From a virus, in the IMG/VR virus record IMGVR_UViG_3300046011_004498, positions 8,848 through 72,847 of that record: 64,000 nucleotides of DNA, one strand, 5' to 3'. Under the pieces are notes generated by a model. The model saw nothing but the letters and a program-made list of their open reading frames with translations, was not told the origin of the DNA and ran no database searches. A program made the translations under genes and the position numbers. The first letter of the stretch is position 1. Every line of letters begins with the position of its first letter. This document shows positions 28,779 through 38,233 of this stretch, in pieces.

Positions 28779-29070
28779 CGTATCCTCCTATATGTTTAGG
28801 TCCTAAGAAGATTTGTGGAACAGTCTTCCAAGAACCAATACGACCAATCAATTGATCAAAACGTTCTTCACTGTCGTCTATGTTGTAATAACGGAAAGGT
28901 ATCTTTCTTTCATTACAAAGTAAAATAGCCTTGGCACAGTAAGTACAACCATTACCACCAAATATCTCAATATGTGTTGGTAATTCAGGTTCTTCTTCAT
29001 TGATATAACGATCAGACCAGCTATCATCAGCTGCTTGAGCAGCTGCATCAGTGTTATCACGGCGCAACAA
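28753..29070 (-). CDS. grx: glutaredoxin
   Basis: CTYC active site, TVPQIF, HIGGYDDL; probable TTG start at 29070, 7 nt after AGGAG. Confidence 0.9.
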   Translation of the reverse strand: MLRRDNTDAAAQAADDSWSDRYINEEEPELPTHIEIFGGNGCTYCAKAILLCNERKIPFRYYNIDDSEERFDQLIGRIGSWKTVPQIFLGPKHIGGYDDLAKYLG

Positions 29071-29626
29071 GTAACATCTCCTGCTTCTCAAGCTTAGCTT
29101 GTTTCAAAGCTTCGGTTAATTGTTGGTCATCAATGATCCAATCAGGTTTTTGCCTGACCATCCAACGATGTAGATGTCTCTTTTCCCGATTGTAATAAGC
29201 ACGATAAGCCATAACTACATTACTCCATGATGTATTTTTAAATGGCTTTAAATCTTCTGATACAACAGCAGGAGGAATAGAAGCATATACGCTTTTATTA
29301 GGTATACCTACAGGTCTTTTTTTAAGTAAATCAAGGTATTTTTCTCTCCAATTAGGATTACCCCACCTTAGTTTGTACTCAATAAGTAATTGTACAAGGT
29401 GTTCGTAGAGCCAAACATAGTTGGCTCTGCTAGTCATAACCCATTTAGTACAAGGATGGTTTCTGTGAGTAGGTGGGGGCAATCCATCTAGGTCATCATC
29501 ATCGCCACGCATGTAATGAGCAGTGGCTAACATACTGATAGATTCTTTGATTTGTGATCTAACATGGGCATTAGATAACATAGAAGCTGCTAAAGCTGGG
29601 TTTGAATCCACAAAAAAGATATTCAT
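29057..29626 (-). CDS. pyrimidine-dimer DNA glycosylase / endonuclease V family protein
   Basis: MNIFFVD.NP...HV..QI.E...ML.TAH, HRNHPCTKW, V.AYRAYY..EK motifs. Confidence 0.8.
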   Translation of the reverse strand: MNIFFVDSNPALAASMLSNAHVRSQIKESISMLATAHYMRGDDDDLDGLPPPTHRNHPCTKWVMTSRANYVWLYEHLVQLLIEYKLRWGNPNWREKYLDLLKKRPVGIPNKSVYASIPPAVVSEDLKPFKNTSWSNVVMAYRAYYNREKRHLHRWMVRQKPDWIIDDQQLTEALKQAKLEKQEMLLVAP

Positions 29627-29640
29627 GAGGTAACTCCTTC

Positions 29641-29678
29641 AAAAGAAAAGGCCCTAGGTAAACCTAGAGCCTCTCTTT
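29641..29678 (-). terminator. intrinsic terminator
   Basis: Minus strand: GGCTCTAGG-ttta-CCTAGGGCC then TTTTCTTTT. Confidence 0.75.
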
Positions 29679-29794
29679 ATGAAGCTATTCCACATCAATG
29701 CGATGGGAATTGCCAGCAATACAAGAATCAAAGCTAATACTGCGAGAGCTCCCGCTAAAGCTATGATCCTTTGAACGAGCCTGAACCGGCTCAT
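29654..29794 (-). CDS. 46-aa single-TM peptide (not in ORF track)
   Basis: MSRFRLVQRIIALAGALAVLALILVLLAIPIALMWNSFIKRGSRFT fills the gap after the gp48-like gene. Confidence 0.55.
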   Translation of the reverse strand: MSRFRLVQRIIALAGALAVLALILVLLAIPIALMWNSFIKRGSRFT

Positions 29795-29802
29795 TGCTGG
29801 GG

Positions 29803-30327
29803 TTACTCAGCCGAGGCCGAGTTATTCGGACGGGTCAGACCCGCGAACAGCTTCGAGCGAGCAGGAGCAGAGGCTCCAGCATCGGCAGCTTCTTCTTCCG
29901 AGGAAGCTTCAGCAACCACTTCTTCGACTTGCTCTGCTTGGACCGGAGCAACTTCAGCCGGAGCTTCAGTTTCTTCAGCAGCAGGAACAGCCGACTCCAG
30001 AACAACTTCAGCCTTGGGAGCTTCGCTTTGTTCAATAGGAGCACTCGACGCAGTGACCGAGGTGATGATTCCATCTTCACCACGAGTCGCCCGGAAGGAG
30101 ATTGCGAAGTGATTGAAGGAAGCATTCACGGTCTTACGAGCGTGAGCAATGACAGCCTGACGGATCATGGATTCCGAAACAGTGACCTCAGCAGTCAGAC
30201 CCTTGGGGGCACGACCCGATGTATATTCAAAATTCAGTTCCCGCAGGAGTCGGGGCAGTTCAGCAGCAATAGCTGCATTCAACGCTGCTTGGTTCAGCGT
30301 GAACGACATAGAGTTCTTGTCGGACAT
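29803..30327 (-). CDS. N4 gp48-like protein with duplicated N-terminal module and acidic tail
   Basis: TLNQAALNAAI..TSGRAPKG and TVSESMIRQAV..RATRGEDG repeats; KLFAGL tail; synteny. Confidence 0.6.
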   Translation of the reverse strand: MSDKNSMSFTLNQAALNAAIAAELPRLLRELNFEYTSGRAPKGLTAEVTVSESMIRQAVIAHARKTVNASFNHFAISFRATRGEDGIITSVTASSAPIEQSEAPKAEVVLESAVPAAEETEAPAEVAPVQAEQVEEVVAEASSEEEAADAGASAPARSKLFAGLTRPNNSASAE

Positions 30328-30337
30328 TTTGGTCTTT

Positions 30338-30745
30338 CTATTGGAAATTTAGTGCCATTGGTTCGGTCACAGGCACGATGGTTACGCTTACTCGTGGATT
30401 GGTTCGGTCCACGCCGCCAAACGCAGCGGAGGTTGAGACAATAATCCCTGTGTGATCATCGTCAATAGCTTTTGAGTGAGAAAGTGCATCGGAGAAATAT
30501 TTATCTACGATGGCAATTACATTCATGAGGTCGCATCTGTGACCTGATCCGACAAAAAGCTCATAATGTAGATGCACTTTTTCCTGTCGAGGAATCCCCT
30601 TCAGTAAAGGTCTAACGATCTCCTCAAACATCACCTTAGTCTTGCTTTGATCTCGGTGATGCCAGTTCCGGTATCCATTCATGTTTAACGCTAATCTCTT
30701 ACGAGGCGTTACTTGAATGTAAGTTGGTAAATCTAAAGTCCACAT
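30338..30745 (-). CDS. rusA: RusA-like Holliday junction resolvase/endodeoxyribonuclease
   Basis: LNMNGYRNWH, DLMN, DKYFSDAL...IDDD. Confidence 0.8.
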   Translation of the reverse strand: MWTLDLPTYIQVTPRKRLALNMNGYRNWHHRDQSKTKVMFEEIVRPLLKGIPRQEKVHLHYELFVGSGHRCDLMNVIAIVDKYFSDALSHSKAIDDDHTGIIVSTSAAFGGVDRTNPRVSVTIVPVTEPMALNFQ

Positions 30746-30751
30746 ACAGGA

Positions 30752-30779
30752 AGGCCCCTGACTGGTTGGTCAGGGGCCT
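30752..30779 (-). terminator. hairpin after SSB gene (weak U tract)
   Basis: AGGCCCCTGAC-6nt-GTCAGGGGCCT. Confidence 0.65.
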
Positions 30780-30786
30780 CTGTAGT

Positions 30787-31548
30787 TTAGTTTTTCGCAA
30801 AGAGCGAGGACTTAGGTTTTTCAGCTGCACCAGAAGCCTTCGGAGCACCGTCCGTCGCCTTGGACGAGCCAGCACCCTTACGCTTGTTGTAAACCGTCCC
30901 ACGGTGCTTCTCAGCCCATTCCTCGATGAACTTGGGCTCGACAGCCTTGTCATCCTTCGTGGCACGTCTGATTTCGCCCACAGTGGCACGAGTTTCCGGG
31001 TGGAAGGATTTGACAATCTCGTTGATGGTACGATCTTCGTCAGTGTCTTCGTAGACCGGCTTACCGTCCTTGACCCTGTCGGTCTTCTTCGTCTTGGGCT
31101 CAGTAGCTTTACGCAGAGCGATAGAAGCCTTGGCACCTGTCAGGTCCGTCAGAACGTCACGAGCTTGACGAATCTTCTTCTTGTCTTCGTAGCTCCAGAC
31201 TTCGATCTGGCGTTCTTCAGTTTCCTGATCTTCCAGTTCACTGCCGGTAGCAGTCAGGCAGAGTTCGTTAATGGTAACGAAGCCCGGCATTTGCTGCTTC
31301 TTGCCATCACGTTCAAAGAAGTTTTCACCCTTCGAGTTCGTAATGTAGATGGTTTCCTCATACTCTTCACCATCAATCATAGCGATGATGGTGATGTATT
31401 GAGCACCAGAGTCAGACTTGCCAGCAAAGGCAAGCTTGATATCGATGTTTTCATAGACATCAGTATCAAAGAACTTACGACCACCACCGAGACGGTCTTC
31501 GGCTTCTTCCAGACCTTTAGTGGTCAGGTTTGAAAACAGTTTACCCAT
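30787..31548 (-). CDS. ssb: single-stranded DNA-binding protein / late transcription activator (N4 gp45-like)
   Basis: EDRLGGG, KQQMPGF, RTINEIVKSFH, KPKSSLF C-terminus; synteny. Confidence 0.88.
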   Translation of the reverse strand: MGKLFSNLTTKGLEEAEDRLGGGRKFFDTDVYENIDIKLAFAGKSDSGAQYITIIAMIDGEEYEETIYITNSKGENFFERDGKKQQMPGFVTINELCLTATGSELEDQETEERQIEVWSYEDKKKIRQARDVLTDLTGAKASIALRKATEPKTKKTDRVKDGKPVYEDTDEDRTINEIVKSFHPETRATVGEIRRATKDDKAVEPKFIEEWAEKHRGTVYNKRKGAGSSKATDGAPKASGAAEKPKSSLFAKN

Positions 31549-31559
31549 GAGGGTTTCCT

Positions 31560-32303
31560 TTACTTCTTATAGTAGCTGGTGACGTGATTCATCAGCAGCT
31601 GTACGTCATTATCCATGAAGGTTTGGTTCAAGTTGAACATCTTCATGGGTGCGCGAATGCGCTCACCGAGGGTCTTCGGAGTAAGTCTCGTTTGGAACAC
31701 ATACTTAAATCCGTTGGCCCGATCCTCATCGGTGATATGGAGAAGGTTCTGATCGTAATCAGGATTCACCACGAGGTCTTTGATGGACATTCTCTTGGTA
31801 GAGACCACCAATGAGAAGTAAGCTTCGATGCCTTGGTTCTTGAGAGAACCTTTAACAGGCACCGATGTCGTCACCACGCCTGCATCATCGATACTGCTGA
31901 GGGTGTGGGCTAGGAAGACGACTGGGATATGCAGCAGAGCAACTTTCTCCTGCATAATCTTCTTGAAATACTGAGCGAACTCAGCCCAAGCCTGTTGTCC
32001 ATTAGAAGCACCAAACACATCATGGCTTTCTTTCATATCAAGAAGGAAAGTTAGTGTGTCCAAGATGACGCCCTTAGGACCATCAGGATCGTTTTGATGC
32101 TCGATAGCATAATCAAGCATCTCGAAGATGTGGTTAGGCTCCGTGATGTGTAATTCACGGAAGCTACTGGGGAACGGAAGTTCCTTGTTCTCTGCGTTTC
32201 CGTAGAGCCAGCGATCCTGATCAACGATCTCTGCAAGAGAAGCAGACTTCCCTGTAGAAGATGCACCTGAGATCAGGACACCGAACCTATTACCATTAGC
32301 CAT
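31560..32303 (-). CDS. AAA_24/Sak4-like ATPase (N4 gp44-like)
   Basis: GASSTGKS Walker A, VPVKGSLKNQGIEAYFS, FKYVFQTR. Confidence 0.88.
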   Translation of the reverse strand: MANGNRFGVLISGASSTGKSASLAEIVDQDRWLYGNAENKELPFPSSFRELHITEPNHIFEMLDYAIEHQNDPDGPKGVILDTLTFLLDMKESHDVFGASNGQQAWAEFAQYFKKIMQEKVALLHIPVVFLAHTLSSIDDAGVVTTSVPVKGSLKNQGIEAYFSLVVSTKRMSIKDLVVNPDYDQNLLHITDEDRANGFKYVFQTRLTPKTLGERIRAPMKMFNLNQTFMDNDVQLLMNHVTSYYKK

Positions 32304-32347
32304 TATGGCTCCTGTTATGAGAGAGGTTCAATAAAGAAGCTCTATTG

Positions 32348-34525
32348 TTACGCCTGTTCATCATATCGTTTGGCAACAGATACCAAAACAGTACGACGAA
32401 GTTCGTCTTCATCAAGAGGATCAGTGAGCTTCTTGTTAAAGTCTAGAGTTCTAGCTTCTACTTCGTTATAAGTGATCCCGTTATCTACGAGAGCCATAGC
32501 AAAGCGCAGCATCATGTTGTTTCGATTACCGTCAGAGATTTTGACAGCAAACCAACCTTCCAGCTTATCCATGCTGGTTAGTTTTTGACGCATTCGTTTA
32601 TGGTCTTCGTTCCTAGAAGTTTGAGGAATGAAGTCGAGTGCATCAATGATCTGCGTATCAGGCCCATCATTGTAATGATAAGCGCCATCAAAGGTTTCCC
32701 ATTTACGGGCTCTTTGATTGGCTCCACGATCACTCTCAAATGGAAGCCAGTCCATGAAAGCATTCATGAACTTCTTGTAGTCTTCTTGGTCTAACTCAAG
32801 ATGATAGTTGATAGGGAAGATCATACGGAAACGATGTTCACCTTCATGATCATGGCTCTTTGTTGTGTAGAGCATGAACTTATAGTTCTCAAGCAGCATA
32901 GCCGCAGAGTCAACGCTGATACCCCCATCAATATCAATAACAATCATGTTAAAGCCGGGGATAATATTCTTATCTTGGCGATGACCTTCCTGTTTATCAC
33001 CTGCAACTAACTGGTGATTGAGGAAATGCAGGTTAGGTGCTTGGGTCATACGATGAAGATCAGCAAAAGCAGCTGTCTCATTCATATAACGATAGGCATA
33101 ATCATCAGACCAAGAGAGAATGAGCTCGTTGAGATCAGTCTCCTTGAGTTTCTTACCAGAGAAGAACTCAACACCATCTGCGTAGGTCTTCTTAATAACC
33201 ATGTGGTTCTTGTAACCCCATGCAATAGCAAGATTCATCATCTCATTGCGTTGGCTACCAGACCTTCCATAGAAGGGATTGTTCTCCATAATATCGACAT
33301 GGGTTACTTCGCCTTCGACACTGGCAACATATTTTGCCAGACGAGCATAAGGCTTTTCCCTGTTCAGGATTTTCTGAAAGCTTTCACCACTTTCCTGCAC
33401 CAGCAGGATAGCTGGGAGGAGGTGTTCATCGATATCGACCTCAGATGCCTCATCAACGAAAGCATAGGCTCCAGCGAGCTTGAGAGCCCTGAAATAGCGG
33501 TGGCTAATCTCAGCCTTCTTGATCTCGTCATGGTCAGGGAGAGTGCGTGCTTCGGCTTCACAAGCAAGCTTGTATTCCATCAGCTTAACGCCAACCATGT
33601 AGGGTACTTCGATCTTCCAACCATAGAGACCGGAGTCAGCAAGGCTTTCAAACTTGGAAGCCCACTGTCGAATGACAGAGCTGTTAGTGGGATTGATCAG
33701 ACGTTTAAATACTTCTTCGGCATCTTGATCTTCCGGGTTGTCGGCAATGCCCATTGCGAACAAGCATCTACGACCGTATCCGGTTTCAAGAAAACTATAG
33801 AAGTCAGCTTCTGTTGTCCCACCATCAAAAAGCTTAGACGGTGTGCCAAACATGAGAAGATTGGTTGGTGTACGTCCCTCAAGCTCCTCTCCGCGCACGT
33901 TCTCAGCAGTGTTCTTCGTGAGTTTGGGTTTAACCATTCCCTGATCGTAAAGTTCCAGGAATAGATTGAGGAGTTCAGCGTTTCCAAGAAGGTTTGAACC
34001 AATCTCATCGATTTGGAGGTTGATCGAGCCTCCTTTGCCAATGAGTAGCTTCTGTCTAAGCTGCTTAACAGCTGGTACTGTACCGCTATCGAAGGTGAAG
34101 GGATAAACACCAAGGGATTTATATTCCTTTTTGATCTTCTCGAACTCTTCGTCCTCGTCAGTGGAAAGACGAATGGCTCTTTCACGAGCCAAGTCCCACA
34201 TACTTCTGTCAGCAATGACAGGAAGTGTTTCCTCGACAAAAGCTTTCTTGAAAGGTCCGAGAATAGATTGCTCCATAATAAAGATGGAGTGGCCCTTACC
34301 ATAACCAGATGAAGCTAAGAGAAGCCCATACAGATTAACCGGGATTTCACCCCGGTCTTGAGTAAGCAAAGCAGCACCCATGCAGGATGCAACTTTGGAA
34401 ACAAAGTAAGCTACTTCAGTGTGAAAGAAGGGCCGGTCTTGGTTTTGGGTCTGATTACAGAGTAGGTCAGTCAACTCTGTAATTACGGGGTGATGGACTA
34501 CCCCTGTTAGATCATACTTGTTCAT
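32348..34525 (-). CDS. DNA primase (N4 gp43-like)
   Basis: SSGYGKG P-loop, IDEIGSNL, DIDGG, TTKSH..HRFR, GNRNN C-terminal PriCT-like region; start MNKYDL. Confidence 0.88.
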   Translation of the reverse strand: MNKYDLTGVVHHPVITELTDLLCNQTQNQDRPFFHTEVAYFVSKVASCMGAALLTQDRGEIPVNLYGLLLASSGYGKGHSIFIMEQSILGPFKKAFVEETLPVIADRSMWDLARERAIRLSTDEDEEFEKIKKEYKSLGVYPFTFDSGTVPAVKQLRQKLLIGKGGSINLQIDEIGSNLLGNAELLNLFLELYDQGMVKPKLTKNTAENVRGEELEGRTPTNLLMFGTPSKLFDGGTTEADFYSFLETGYGRRCLFAMGIADNPEDQDAEEVFKRLINPTNSSVIRQWASKFESLADSGLYGWKIEVPYMVGVKLMEYKLACEAEARTLPDHDEIKKAEISHRYFRALKLAGAYAFVDEASEVDIDEHLLPAILLVQESGESFQKILNREKPYARLAKYVASVEGEVTHVDIMENNPFYGRSGSQRNEMMNLAIAWGYKNHMVIKKTYADGVEFFSGKKLKETDLNELILSWSDDYAYRYMNETAAFADLHRMTQAPNLHFLNHQLVAGDKQEGHRQDKNIIPGFNMIVIDIDGGISVDSAAMLLENYKFMLYTTKSHDHEGEHRFRMIFPINYHLELDQEDYKKFMNAFMDWLPFESDRGANQRARKWETFDGAYHYNDGPDTQIIDALDFIPQTSRNEDHKRMRQKLTSMDKLEGWFAVKISDGNRNNMMLRFAMALVDNGITYNEVEARTLDFNKKLTDPLDEDELRRTVLVSVAKRYDEQA

Positions 34526-35492
34526 AACGGTCCTTCTGTTTGCAAATATCGAAGGCGTCACAATAGCCACAGGCTTTTGGTGCTCCCTCGACGGTGATTA
34601 CGACACCTTTGCCTTTCTCCATAAGCATCTTGTTGGCTTCAACAGGATCAGAGAAGTTTTTAGTGGCACGTCCACCTGATGTTACTTTGGTGGAGTCGGA
34701 GTAGTATTTGTATATTGGCGGGTCCATCCACAGGTCTTCTCTTGAGCACTCAGGAATGTCTTCTTCTGGGGCATCCATGAATGTGACAAGATCAGTTAGA
34801 CGTTTTCTGATTAGAGCCTCAACCTGCTCATCGTTAAGTAGTTGAAACTCTTTGGAATCGAAACGCTTCTCAGGATAGTTAGGGTCTTGGTTTGCCCTAA
34901 AGCCTTGCCAATCAGTGAAGACAAAGTTGATCTGACCAATAGGGTCAGTAACTTTATCTGGGTTGAGCCACTTATAGATAGAAAGTTGCTCAATGTAGTC
35001 TTTGTCCTTGGTTCCTTTCATATATGAAAAGACACCTGTGGACTTGGTATCTTGAGCTCGACCATCGGCAACTTGGTCAAACTTACCTGTGATGTTCCAA
35101 CCCTCGAACTCACGACGAGCTCGTTGCTCGAAGTACAGGTAGATGCCGTCAGGATTGGCAGCACACTCCTCAGGAGTGGGATTAATCATCATCTGCTTCT
35201 GGATATGCTCGGGGATACCAAGCTTGGTCAGAGCGGCGTTACGACGGGTTTCATCGAGCCAAACAGCTTCAATAGCATCATGGATGGCTCCACCAAGAGC
35301 AGAAGCCATTAGATCAGCTACATCTATAGACTTCATATCTTTGTTCACTCTCTTACCGAGAATGTACTTTTTCAATGGTTTGATCAGTGAAGAAGCAGAG
35401 ATAGTCTTAGGTGTGTTGTCGTAGTCATAGTTGTCGTTCAACAACCAAACAGCGATTAACAATGGAACATTGTAGTTGTTGGTTACGTTCAT
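34512..35492 (-). CDS. PD-(D/E)XK exonuclease (N4 gp42-like)
   Basis: ITGKFD...QDTKST, QLSIYKWL, C-terminal CGYC..C. Confidence 0.85.
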   Translation of the reverse strand: MNVTNNYNVPLLIAVWLLNDNYDYDNTPKTISASSLIKPLKKYILGKRVNKDMKSIDVADLMASALGGAIHDAIEAVWLDETRRNAALTKLGIPEHIQKQMMINPTPEECAANPDGIYLYFEQRARREFEGWNITGKFDQVADGRAQDTKSTGVFSYMKGTKDKDYIEQLSIYKWLNPDKVTDPIGQINFVFTDWQGFRANQDPNYPEKRFDSKEFQLLNDEQVEALIRKRLTDLVTFMDAPEEDIPECSREDLWMDPPIYKYYSDSTKVTSGGRATKNFSDPVEANKMLMEKGKGVVITVEGAPKACGYCDAFDICKQKDRYEQV

Positions 35493-35818
35493 TATGGAAA
35501 CATCATTTCAAGAGTTGCAGGGTCCATACCATGTGTGTCTGGACTTTCCTGAATAGCACGACATTCACCTGCAAGAGCTACATAAGCAGCTCCATCAATG
35601 TAATCGTCTTCACGAAATGAACCCCCTTCTGCCCTAGCTAATTTAAGGAAGAACATGAACATCCATCCCTGATATTCAGTGATAGCGTTCTGTGGGAATG
35701 CTGCATTGAAGATGGCTACGGTCTTAGCCATAGCCCTTTCTTTATCTGTGTCACGTTCAGAAGAACGCTCACGCATAGTGGCAGCGGCCTTCTCAAGAAG
35801 GTCTGGAGCTTCAAGCAT
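35492..35818 (-). CDS. DUF6378-like small protein
   Basis: GWMFMFFLKLAR..DDYIDGAAYVAL. Confidence 0.7.
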   Translation of the reverse strand: MLEAPDLLEKAAATMRERSSERDTDKERAMAKTVAIFNAAFPQNAITEYQGWMFMFFLKLARAEGGSFREDDYIDGAAYVALAGECRAIQESPDTHGMDPATLEMMFP

Positions 35819-35836
35819 GGTAGATTTCTCACATAG

Positions 35837-35866
35837 AAAAGGGGTCAGGAAATGCCCTGACCCCTT
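35837..35866 (-). terminator. intrinsic terminator downstream of fibre 2
   Basis: AAGGGGTCAGG-6nt-CCTGACCCCTT, T run on minus strand. Confidence 0.85.
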
Positions 35867-35960
35867 GGTCGGTTGACCTTTATGGCTGAGTTTTGGTGTG
35901 CTGAAAAGCCACTAGGGTTAGGGTCTAGAGGGGCATTACCCCCTAGATTTTGGTCAAGAT

Positions 35961-37787
35961 TTAACTGGTTTGATACCAGCCACTTAAACGAACGGAACGA
36001 CCAGTTGCGATGATGGTGGTACGGTCCATTTTTGTAATACGAAGTAAGTTGGACCCACCAGAAATTTTACCCATCACTTCAAAGCCAACAGCGTATTCTT
36101 CACCAAAGCCCATACCAAAGGTAGCTGCGGTGAATGGAAGTGTTGCGTTGAGTGATCCTGTACCTGTTCCAGCATCTGTAATGCTGATCACAATGGACCA
36201 CATGACTAGCTTTCCAATTCTAAAATAGGAAAGACTGGATGTGTAAGAAGTAAGAGCTCCTGAAGTAGAAACTACAACAGGAACATGGGTAGTTACTGGT
36301 GTAACAACAACAAAGTCAGTGACGGCAGCTGTTCCCGAACCAGTGAAGTACGGAACTTTGTTTGCTGCTGAAGTTAGGCCAGCAATGGCAGCTAAATCTG
36401 CGTCATAAGCTTGGACGTTGGTTCCAATAGTAAGACCTAACGTAGTACGTGCTGCCGCAGCATCTGCGTCATCAAGCAGTGATCTACCAAAGGAAGTAAA
36501 TGTTGCTAGAGCAGCTGTTCCTGAGCCAGTGAAATAAGGTAAACGATCGGCAGCAGAAGTTAATCCAGCAATAGCAGTAAGCTCTAAGTCATAAGCTTGG
36601 ATGTGTGTTCCAATTACTAGACTATCAAGTTCAGATTCAGCAGTAGTGAGTCTGGAGTTAATGCCTGTGTAGAGAACACCCATGTCATCTGCATAAGCGG
36701 CACAAGCAGCCTCTGAAGCGGCAGAGTTAGTTTCTGAAATACCTGCGTTAGTCTCAGAAGTGGCAGCATTGGTTTCCGAGGTAGCTGCATTGCTTTCAGA
36801 GATTAATGCACCAGCTTGAGCGGCTTCTGCTGCGAGTTTATCCAGATTAGTCTGGATAGCATCAGCAGCTGTGGCAAGCTTATCAAGATTGGTCTGAATA
36901 GCATCTAGAGCCGTCTGAGCAGCTGCTGCTTCAGTAGCAATTCTATCCAGTTCAACCTGTGCAGCAGAAACAAGAGTAGTATCTCTTGCTGCTTGAGCTA
37001 CTGTTTTAGCACTTAAAGCATCATTACGATGATCTTCTGTGTCTCCAGCAACAGCTAAAACCTCAGAAGATAAAATTGTAAGATCAGCTTGAAGAGCAAC
37101 AACTTCATCTCTAGCTGCAACTGCATCAACAGCAGCTGCGGTAGCTGTTACAGTTGCTGCCTCCACACCTACTAGATGACTAGCTGCTGTAGCGGCACTA
37201 GCAGCTGCGTTGGTTCTAGCAGTTTCAGCAAGAACACGTTGTTGGGTAGCAGTGATTACAGCTGCTTGAATAAGTGCATATTGAGTATCTGCTTCTTCCT
37301 TAATGAGGATTACAGATGCAGCAATTAAATCTGTGGCATCACGAGCAGCAACAGCTTCTAGTGCATTTAATGCAGCAGCGTCAGCGTACCCACTAGCTGT
37401 GTTAGAGTAGTTGAATGCTTGGGTGCGAAAGCCAGCAGCCGCTAGAGCCTCGCTAGAGGCGGCAGCGGCAGCGGCTTGAGCTTCGGCAACACCATCCTGT
37501 CCCTCAGGAGAGAGATCGCCTGCATCTCCTTTAAGAGATTCAAGCCATTGAGAGAGAGTTCCTACAAAGCCATCTTGCACAGCGAGTTCGTATGCACTCA
37601 AGCCATGGTAAGGGAACCCGAGTAAATCAAGGTCCAGATAACCGAACTGAATAGGTTCAGCATCTACACCAAAGACTAATGGTCCTTGCAGACCAATAGT
37701 GGACCTTTCGTCGAGTACGACGCTAAGTTCACCAATTTCTGCAACTTCGAGACTAAGGTCTAGCTCGGTAAGCTGAATATTGATCAT
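35961..37787 (-). CDS. fibre/receptor-binding protein 2
   Basis: [21 protein letters not shown] motif, long Ala-rich coiled coil (SETNAAT), two [16 protein letters not shown] repeats, C-terminal knob (YFRIGKLV...LPF...LSGWY). Confidence 0.82.
   Translation of the reverse strand: MINIQLTELDLSLEVAEIGELSVVLDERSTIGLQGPLVFGVDAEPIQFGYLDLDLLGFPYHGLSAYELAVQDGFVGTLSQWLESLKGDAGDLSPEGQDGVAEAQAAAAAASSEALAAAGFRTQAFNYSNTASGYADAAALNALEAVAARDATDLIAASVILIKEEADTQYALIQAAVITATQQRVLAETARTNAAASAATAASHLVGVEAATVTATAAAVDAVAARDEVVALQADLTILSSEVLAVAGDTEDHRNDALSAKTVAQAARDTTLVSAAQVELDRIATEAAAAQTALDAIQTNLDKLATAADAIQTNLDKLAAEAAQAGALISESNAATSETNAATSETNAGISETNSAASEAACAAYADDMGVLYTGINSRLTTAESELDSLVIGTHIQAYDLELTAIAGLTSAADRLPYFTGSGTAALATFTSFGRSLLDDADAAAARTTLGLTIGTNVQAYDADLAAIAGLTSAANKVPYFTGSGTAAVTDFVVVTPVTTHVPVVVSTSGALTSYTSSLSYFRIGKLVMWSIVISITDAGTGTGSLNATLPFTAATFGMGFGEEYAVGFEVMGKISGGSNLLRITKMDRTTIIATGRSVRLSGWYQTS
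36312..36620 (-). repeat. intragenic duplication in fibre 2 (62-codon period)
   Basis: [37 protein letters not shown] versus [37 protein letters not shown]. Confidence 0.9.
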
Positions 37788-38125
37788 TAGTCTTGTGTCG
37801 GTCCAGCTTTGATAAGAACACGAAGAGTCTTAGTTCTAATTCTACGTCCTTGATTAGAAGAGAATAGAACATCGAACTCAGCGATACCTAAAGGCCATTC
37901 GTCTGTATCGTTGCTGGATAGAATGAACTCTCTTGGCCCAAGCCAAGCTAAAGTCAGATCATCAATCAGGCCTTCTGACGTAAGATTTCCTTCTCTACGA
38001 ATCTGAGAGAGAGGCTGCCAAGAACTGAAGTAGTTTTCTGCAACACTTTGAGGCAGAGTCATAACTGCTTCAAATGTGGAACCCCGAGCAAACTCAGGGA
38101 TATTGTCTTGGATTGGAGCGGACAT
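37787..38125 (-). CDS. small beta-rich fibre adaptor/anchor protein (copy B)
   Basis: RGSTF...SQIR...LI..L...WPLG.AEFDV; TAATG-coupled to fibre 2. Confidence 0.68.
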   Translation of the reverse strand: MSAPIQDNIPEFARGSTFEAVMTLPQSVAENYFSSWQPLSQIRREGNLTSEGLIDDLTLAWLGPREFILSSNDTDEWPLGIAEFDVLFSSNQGRRIRTKTLRVLIKAGPTQD

Positions 38126-38172
38126 GGTATTAATCCCGATCAGGAAAGCCATATTCACTTAATCTATCAGAA

Positions 38173-38209
38173 GAAAGAAAAACAGCCCCCTCAAGAGAGG
38201 AGGCTGTTT
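38173..38209 (-). terminator. intrinsic terminator upstream of fibre cassette 2
   Basis: Minus strand: AAACAGCCTCCTC-tctt-GAGGGGGCTGTTT then TTCTTT. Confidence 0.85.
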
Positions 38210-38233
38210 CCTTTAGTCATTCTGACCTGATGT

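Noticed and set aside
36700-36910. Short repeats in fibre 2 as a CRISPR, VNTR or DGR target
   Set aside because: Degenerate in-frame coiled-coil repeats ([18 protein letters not shown]); no spacers, no reverse transcriptase, no adenine-specific variation seen.
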